From: Leptolyngbyaceae cyanobacterium | GTDB taxonomy: Bacteria > Cyanobacteriota > Cyanobacteriia > Phormidesmidales > Phormidesmidaceae | DNA: 25,574 nucleotides | Reading direction: 5' to 3' | Assembly (NCBI GenBank): GCA_965263355.1 | Contig: CBDHHL010000010.1 | Coordinates: forward strand, 1 to 25,574 | The notes under the pieces: generated by a model | Seen by the model: only the letters and a program-made list of their open reading frames with translations | Databases searched by the model: none | Told to the model about the DNA's origin: nothing | Part shown: in pieces, positions 18,590-25,574 of the stretch | Numbering within the stretch: the first letter of the stretch is position 1 | Layout of the letters: each line of letters begins with the position of its first letter | Made by a program: the position numbers and the translations under genes

Positions 18590-21500
18590 ATGAAAGCAGT
18601 TGTGTTTCACGTTTTTACTTTTATCCAAATCATGGTATTAACTATTGCTCTGATGTATTATACTGGGAAATTTAAAGAAATTTCTAAACAGTCTTATTTT
18701 CACAATACCATAAAATCAGTGGTTCAGGAAAGCAAAACAAGGCTGAATCCGTTTCAGCGGAGTCAAAGAATCCAAGAATTACTTCAGTACAAAACCAGTG
18801 AAAGGAACATTGGGAAAACCTCACAGCTCGTAAAGAAAAATGTGATTTTCTTAGGTATCCTTTTATCCTTGAAAAATTAAAGAAACTATTGTTTCAACTT
18901 CCATTTTAATGGTGCAAAATGAATATCATTGGGGGAAAGTATACTTTTTACTACATTCAGCTTTTGATGACCTCAGACCTCAATTGAATTGCTACCATGA
19001 TAAACCTAATGAACAGTTCCACAAAATGCATACACCAAATTTTGACAGATTGGCAAGAAGAAGCATTGTCTTTGAAAAAGCATATAATCAGGTAGAGATA
19101 GTGGTAATTTGGCCCAAGGTTCCAAGTCCTATGATTTGTGTTAATTTTGATTGTTCCCAATGCTAGTAATGTTAACTTAAACCAATCCAAAATGGCTGAT
19201 AACTAATATAAAATATAATTTGTACCAATAGTGCCCAATATGCGCCCCAAGTAGAGTGTCAACATTAACCTCAAGGCACCCCGACAGCACAAGAGTTTAC
19301 CAGTTTGACAAATACTTCAGGTACACGCCGCCTTTACTATAATAAAGTAATGTACTGTAGGATGTCATGAGTTAAAACAACTTCTCTCTGTCAAAATTCT
19401 TAGATGCATAATTGAAGTATACCTTGTACAATTTTAGAGAATTCATGAACCCCAATGTGGTCACAATTCCTCAATATTTTAAAGAGAATGGGTACAATTC
19501 TATAAATGTTGGAAAAATCTACCATGATAGCAATGCAAGCTCCAGGTATGTTTTAGGGTTTCAAAAAAAAAGTAAAATAATTATTTATCTGTCATGAGAA
19601 GGCTTGGTGATCCACCGTCATGGTCAAAGAAACCTTTAAGAGGTATCCGAGGAGAATCATACCTGCAGCCCAGTCACAAAGTTAAGGTACGGGTACGTAA
19701 ACGTACCATATTTCCTCATCATATCATTATTTCGTAACATTTTAATTATAATTTTGTGAAGTCTGCTAATTACACTTTTGACGCAATAAATCTATTTTTG
19801 GGGGAAAAATGGCCACGTGAATTCAGTTTAAGCGATGTTTTTGTTTATGCATTCATCGAAATTACACATTCATTCTGCCATCCAACACAATTGTTGGTGC
19901 ATTTATTTTTGTTATATATAGTAACATTGTGATGAATTGATTTTTTTCATTATTTGAAACATCCGTTCCTATATTGCAATGAGTGGGGCTATTGTATTCT
20001 AACTAAAACATTTATGTATGATGTAGATAAATCCTACAGGTCGGAAACTCCTATGGAGGTCCTTCATCCAGAAGCCAAATGAAGAATGGGACCAAGTACA
20101 GAGCTGGGATGAAACCATTGCTACACAAGTAATGAAATAAAATATTTACATTTCCTTGGATAATTTAGAAAATTTGGATCATTCAACAAGGCAATCAATG
20201 TTCTCAGGGAAATGGTTGACAATTATGAAGATGAGAATAAGAACTTTTTCCTAGGGCTAGGATTTAGAGCGCCCCATATTCCATACCGTGCTGCTCAGAA
20301 ATATTTTGACATGTATCCTTTCGAAAGTAAGTTTAAGGGTATTAACTGCTTCTTCAGAAAAGAACATACACTAATGGGCTGTATTCTCGAAATCCAAGAT
20401 TTTTATTCGCTGCTCTGGATAAAGGTTTGAAAAGTGTAAATTGTTCCAATCATCCAAAATTTATCCAAAAAGTGCGAAAAAGCTGTTTTTTATCCAAGGA
20501 AAAAAATCCCACCAGTAATAGCAGTATATGTAATAAAAAATACAAAAATTCAAACCTGCTTTTTGAATTGAATAATGTGTGGATAAAAAGTAACTTTTTA
20601 CTCATGAAAGATAAACTCCTACTTAATAAAGGCAAAAATTATTCAAAAGTGTAAATTGATCCGTTGATTCCCACTAGTGTAATGCTAACAATAACGAAGA
20701 CTGTTAAATTGAAGCTCTCCACTAAGATCATTACGATTTCAGATGTACCAGCCCCTGCAAGAAACTTTGCAGCCTCTGATTTTCCTGAAATTGCATGGAA
20801 TCAATTATCTGACTTCAAGAAAAGTCAAGAGTGGCAGGATAATTTGTTGACCAATCCAAAGGCTTCACAATTCAACCAATCAGCTTCAAATACATTTTAC
20901 AGGAAAATGAGACAAGGTGCTCAGTAATTTCCAAATGTGTACTAACTCATAGTAAACTGGCGTCCCATTCAGCGCAATTTTAGTGTCATTCCGTGCCGTG
21001 CTTACTAACATTTCATTGTAGATTTAATTGCAATTAATGAAATTAATTCGTTGAGTTCAATTTTAGGGCTATAAATCTTGCCGGAGACCAAACTTCGTGA
21101 GGAAAAGGGGGTTATGCTAAGGGCAACTATGATTGCCTCAAAATTAGTCATATCTGACTGTGCCTCTGACCCACGCTATAAGCGTTAAAATAGAAACAGC
21201 AATATGCAAGAACAACGGCTATAAATTAAATCGCATAATATTATATCATGAGTTAGAGTCATGAGTCATTTCTGGGCAATGTTCATGAAACAAAAATTAA
21301 AAAATAAACATATTTAGTGGGTGGGGGTAGTCGTAAAAATGAAATTTTGCAAACAAAATTAATAAGAAAAAGACTACATTCAGCGCGGGGCTCAATGACT
21401 TTTAAAATGAATTTGAAATTTCAGCGCATTTGGTGCCCAATTAATTTAATTACGCTGAATGGGACACCAGTGTATGTTAGATCAAATAGCAAACTGTTTC

Positions 21501-22598
21501 CATTCTAGGATACAGTGCAAAAATTTCTGAGGTTGACCAGTTGCTTGGTCAAGTTTTGGAAGAACTGGACGCCTTGGGCTTGAGAGAGAATACAATCATT
21601 GCATTGTGGAGTGATCATGGAATTACACTTGGGGAAAATGGGATGCTTAATAAGGAACAAGTGTCTGGTAATGAAGCTATAGAAATCAGCTTAAAATGTA
21701 AATAAAGGTGATTCTAAGTTTCGTGATTGATTGCCGTTTATTCCTGGCGGAAAATTGTTCCGTTGATAATCGCGAAACTTAGAATCGCCTTTGTTTACAT
21801 TTTAATTGCAACATTAAGCTGATTTCTATAGTTTCACTAAAACAAACGAAACCATTATGACAATGCCTGTCAATTTTACCTGGCTTCTCTTGTTTCAGAG
21901 ACTGCTTTAAGAGTACCAATGATGTTAACAATTCCCGGACTAACCGATGAAGGACTGAGATCCTACAATCTGGTCGAGAATGTGGATTTGTTTCCTACCC
22001 TTGTTGAAGCAGCTGGGTTGCCATCAATTCCCAAGTATGATATTCATTTATACATGTGTATGTATTTCATACCATTTAAAGTTATGGCTCATAGGTGCTC
22101 TAGCAGCTATTCTAGCTCAATAAGGCTTTGCACTGAAGGGCTGAGTCTGATGCCTCTTGTTAAAGAGCCCAGTAGAGCAATCTGGAGAAGAGCAGCTTTT
22201 TCTCAAGTCAAGCGACTCGGGTGAGTTTTAAATACATAGCTCCTACCACAAATCTTAAACTTCATGAACAAATGTTTAGTCACATGGGATATTCAATGAG
22301 AACCAATCGTTACCGTTACACTGAGTGGGTGGCTCAGAAAGATGACAAACCTCTTTGGAACATTCCATACAAGGACTTAACACTAGTTGGCTCAATAAGT
22401 GTAATGGAATGGACTTAATTTAAATATATATATTTATTTATTTAGAAAAGGGAAGCAGTAGAGCTATATGATCATGAGCAAGACCCTTGGGAAAGAACGA
22501 ACCAAGCTTACAACAAAAGTTTCACAGGAATTAGATCACAATTGGCCCAATGGCTAAGAAACGGATGGATGGATTCTATTAAACAAGCAGATTTATGA
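18590..22598 (+). CDS. IDS: Iduronate-2-sulfatase-like sulfatase, 13 coding exons
   Basis: Exons ~18590-18854, 18961-19091, 19232-19320, 19438-19545, 19602-19686, 20027-20128, 20191-20326, 20743-20916, 21509-21667, 21899-22034, 22095-22220, 22280-~22385/22400, 22446-22598, phase-compatible GT-AG. Motifs [78 protein letters not shown]. Strict orthology not established. Confidence 0.88.
20369..20679. mobile_element. Possible MITE in sulfatase intron 7
   Basis: TA-CACTAATGGG ... CCCACTAGTG-TA (10-bp TIR, one mismatch); internal direct repeat AAAAGTGTAAATTG(T/A)TCC. Confidence 0.5.
20955..21472. mobile_element. MITE in sulfatase intron 8, related to 18025-18405
   Basis: TIR AACTGGCGTCCCATTCAGCGCAATT / AATTACGCTGAATGGGACACCAGTG, TA-flanked; shares subterminal GCGCAATTTTAG and ATTCAGCGCG..AATGACTTTT with the upstream copy. 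Confidence 0.85.
21669..21839. repeat. Long inverted repeat (foldback/MITE-like) in sulfatase intron 9
   Basis: ~60-bp arms: TGAAGCTATAGAAATCAGCTTAA..AAATGTAAATAAAGGTGATTCTAAGTTTCGTGATT versus its reverse complement at ~21768-21839. Confidence 0.85.
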
Positions 22599-22703
22599 CA
22601 TGACTAGTATAATCATATTAAATATAAGGTGTAAAGATTCATGTATGCATTATATTTTATGTATATGTATTTTTGGCAGATTAACTGTCAATTGTACTAT
22701 TGA

Positions 22704-23981
22704 TCATCTCGGAAAATGGTAGACAGATTGGAATTGACCTGATAAATTTAAATAAGGCTTAGGGTCATAACCAAAAAGCTCAAAATCAGTCATGTACAAT
22801 CTATAAAGCTGGATTATTTCAGTCTTGCTCAGTTCACTAAAGAGTCTCTTTGCGACACTCCAAGCGCTGTCTGCTGGTAAAATTCAGGTGGCATCTTCTC
22901 TTCAAATTTTAAAGCGTTCAGCAATTCGATGAGGTCTAAATTCAAATATTCTTGCTTTAAAATGAAATTTGGCCTGTATGATAAACTGCATAAATTACAC
23001 TGCTGCCAGTATGGTTTCAATTGGCTCAATAGATCAGTTTTCAGCTTGTTCTTTTGGTGTATTAAGCTTTTTAATTCCTCTTTGGTGTGTAAGATGCCTG
23101 TCAATCTCTCAAATGGATGCTGTACTGAAATAGCTTTGACTTTTAACTTTGAGAAAGATTCACTTTGGTTACAAGGTGGTCGTCCTCGCTTTGGGTGCAT
23201 GTAGATCCCTAAAAGAAGTTAAAAATAAAAGTCTGGATAATCCAATCAATTTACGTCTACTTCAAGAGGCTGCCCCGGAATTCGATCTCGTAACAGTCTA
23301 GTAATAACCTCATTCCTACCCCATGAACTATGAAAACTCACCAACCTGGATAATCTGGGTGCTCAATTGGTTCTGGAGGATCTTCTGTTGCATCTTTTGC
23401 TCGGATCTCAATTTCCTCAGCCTCACAGGGACTCAACAAGCTCAGTTCGGACTGGGATTTGCTTAATATAAACTCTTGTAGAACCTGAAATAATATCAAA
23501 GTTGATAAATTAAAATATGCTTCTAAATTGGGTAATGAATTATTATTATTCATTTTTTACCTTTTTGAGTAAGCCAGAATGCTCAAAACTTGGGATGCAG
23601 GCTGTAAAATCCTGATTGAGGAGGTAGAATCTGGTTTCCTGGCTTTCATTTAAAAACCACTTGCTGAGAAAATGTTCTGCAATAAAAATTGATATATGTT
23701 TCAGTTAAAAATCAATAAGGTACACAATTTCCTTTACCAGGCACAATAGAATCATAAAAGTCATTGCATGTTCTATCCAGCTGATTTTTCCTCCAGTTTA
23801 ATGCAAAACTTGAGTCATATTTGGTCCAATTTGGTTCAACAGATTGAATTTCCAGGAGATTTAGCTCACTTATGGAATTGAATTGACTTTCAGAAATGGC
23901 TGCACTGCCCCAACACTTGAAACCATAAATGATAGAAACTAACACAATTGCAAGATACGTACAGTACTTTTGGCAAATCAT
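22704..23981 (-). CDS. Golgi carbohydrate sulfotransferase-like (CHST8-14/HNK-1ST family) protein, degenerate, with a 1-nt frameshift near 22880
   Basis: Exons 23981-23738, 23676-23561, 23484-23346, 23208-22704; N-terminal TM anchor; SVQHPFERL, PYWQQCNLC..Y..FILKQE..D; the family C-terminus LFSELSKTEIIQLYRLYMTDFELFGYD lies in the -1 frame. Confidence 0.78.
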
Positions 23982-24748
23982 TATTTCTGACACTTTGAAC
24001 GTTTACATTTTATGAATTTAAGGTAAGTTGTATTTCGGCTTCAAATGAGATCACTCGGTTTTTTCAGCCTTCCTAAATTATATGACACAAATTATTTCCG
24101 ATTTATTGTAGATCACTATTCACTAAAAATAACTTGCATACTATGAACTTTATAGTTTATGTTATCAATATGTTTTTGTTTTCTTTGTAATTTTATAATA
24201 TATTAACTATCAGCTGAGCTGGCTACCTTTACTCTAAATAAAATTGTGAGTTCTTTACACTGCATTTTCACCCAGGGTGACTGAGAGAGTGGGGAGCTTC
24301 TTTTGTATTATATGCCTAGCGCCTTTATAGCAGAGAAGAAGGGAGCTTAGTGTACTGCCAATCTACGAAGCGTATCGACAAAGAAGGAATTCTGAGGTTC
24401 TTCCTTTTACCAGATCTGCAATAGTACACAGCAAGTACTTGTAAGCACGATATATACGTATATGGGTAGATGACAATTACTTTAAATTTTAATTGCATTA
24501 AAGGGGAGAAACACAATCTCACAGCCGGTTGTAATCTAAATAACGAAAAATAGATGGCTACAGCCCTCTAATGTGAGAATATAACTGTTTGTCTGACTGA
24601 CGGCTCTAACATACCTTCTTAGATAGAGCTCAATGAGATATTAAGTTAAAAACAAAAAAAGTATGTCTTACTATAAATTCATTATCATCATGAGTGCAAT
24701 CACCTGAACATACATATTAACATAATGATTATGGAACGGTTCTAGGAC

Positions 24749-24857
24749 AATTCGGCATCACCAAAAATTCGTTAAAGGTCAATTCGGCTTCAATAAGACT
24801 CGGCAACACTGAAATTCGGTAACATTAAACTCGGCATCAGTAAATAATTCGGCATCA
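24749..24857 (+). repeat. Degenerate tandem array, ~7 copies, ~16-bp period
   Basis: AATTCGGCATCA-like motif at ~24749, 24766, 24781, 24797, 24813, 24828 and 24846. Confidence 0.8.
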
Positions 24858-24872
24858 ATACATAATCGCTAA

Positions 24873-24946
24873 GCCAACCCTGGCTAGTTGATTGGTTTAA
24901 GAGTTCCGACTCCCATGCGAGCGATCCGTGTCCGCGCCTGGGTGGA
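24873..24946 (+). pseudogene. Degenerate tRNA-derived sequence (SINE head or tRNA pseudogene)
   Basis: A-box-like TGGCTAGTTGATTGG, anticodon-loop-like CTCCCAT, decayed B-box GTCCGCGCC, ACCC/GGGT acceptor-like pairing; stems imperfect. Confidence 0.35.
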
Positions 24947-25574
24947 AGTAGTTGGCTCTGTTATGAAATTATTTCATTTCAGAGTTCAATGAAATGCGAG
25001 AAATATTTCTCGCGCCACCTTGCGTGAATGTGGGGAAGCAAGCAGCTGTCAAGAGGCAAACCCGATGTATGAGGAAAATGACAATAGCTGTTTGCCAGCA
25101 TGCAGAGCTGTCAAGAGGCAAATATGAGGAAATTGACGACAGCTTGTCAGAGGGCGAACTCAAAAGTACTTGGCCTGCAGTATACAAAAATATTGCAGAG
25201 TTCAATGAAATTGAGAATTTGTCCCGTACAATGGGGAAGATGGGGCAGACTAACCATGAAGCGATGCGGAAGGGGAGGCCCGGCTAGCTCTGTGAAGGCG
25301 AACGATGCTGCGACTCAACCTGCTGGAAAGTCCCTTACATTGGGCCGGAGAGAGGAAAACTCCGTGAAGTTAACCCGGTGAGCGCTATAAACACCGATGA
25401 GGAAAAGTCAGGCAAGCGTCGCGCTGAGGCCCATGAAAATTCCGCCCCTCTACAGCATATGGCGCATTCCCCCCGCATACTCAGTGGTTCATCATGAGTT
25501 CCTGGCCATTGGGAGGCTAAATCCAGTGCTGTGCCTGGACGCCATACCGCAGGTTGGGCAAATGAGCCCCGGGG

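Noticed and set aside
22373..22445. Non-canonical GA donor (AAG|GACTTA) for sulfatase intron 12
   Set aside because: In-phase GT donors exist at 22386 and 22401; cannot be distinguished without cDNA.
24994..25381. ORFs of 97 and 93 aa at the window end
   Set aside because: Short, with no recognisable motifs; cannot support a product.

Overview
Eukaryotic genomic DNA, probably invertebrate/arthropod. Bases 1-15554 are one young (LTRs differ at 4 of 475 positions), unusually large Ty3/Gypsy-type endogenous retrovirus-like element on the + strand. Its order is: LTR, tRNA-Leu PBS, 2.3-kb structured leader, gag, -1 frameshift, pol (PR-RT-RH-IN), an extra ~1135-aa accessory ORF (PAM2-like N-terminus, three FPSL motifs, RS patch, long coiled coil; split by a 1-nt frameshift), a chuvirus-G/herpes-gB-like class III env with a ~300-aa basic tail, and a 3' LTR missing its last 11 bp. 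The leader holds eight hairpins with unrelated stems but a shared C(NGG)G loop, and gag, ORF3 and env are each preceded by a branch point/splice acceptor. The rest of the window holds unassignable degraded sequence (~15.6-18.0 kb), TA-flanked MITEs, a 13-exon iduronate-2-sulfatase-like gene (+) and, tail-to-tail with it, a degenerate Golgi carbohydrate sulfotransferase-like gene (-). All homology calls come from motif recognition by eye; no searches were run.
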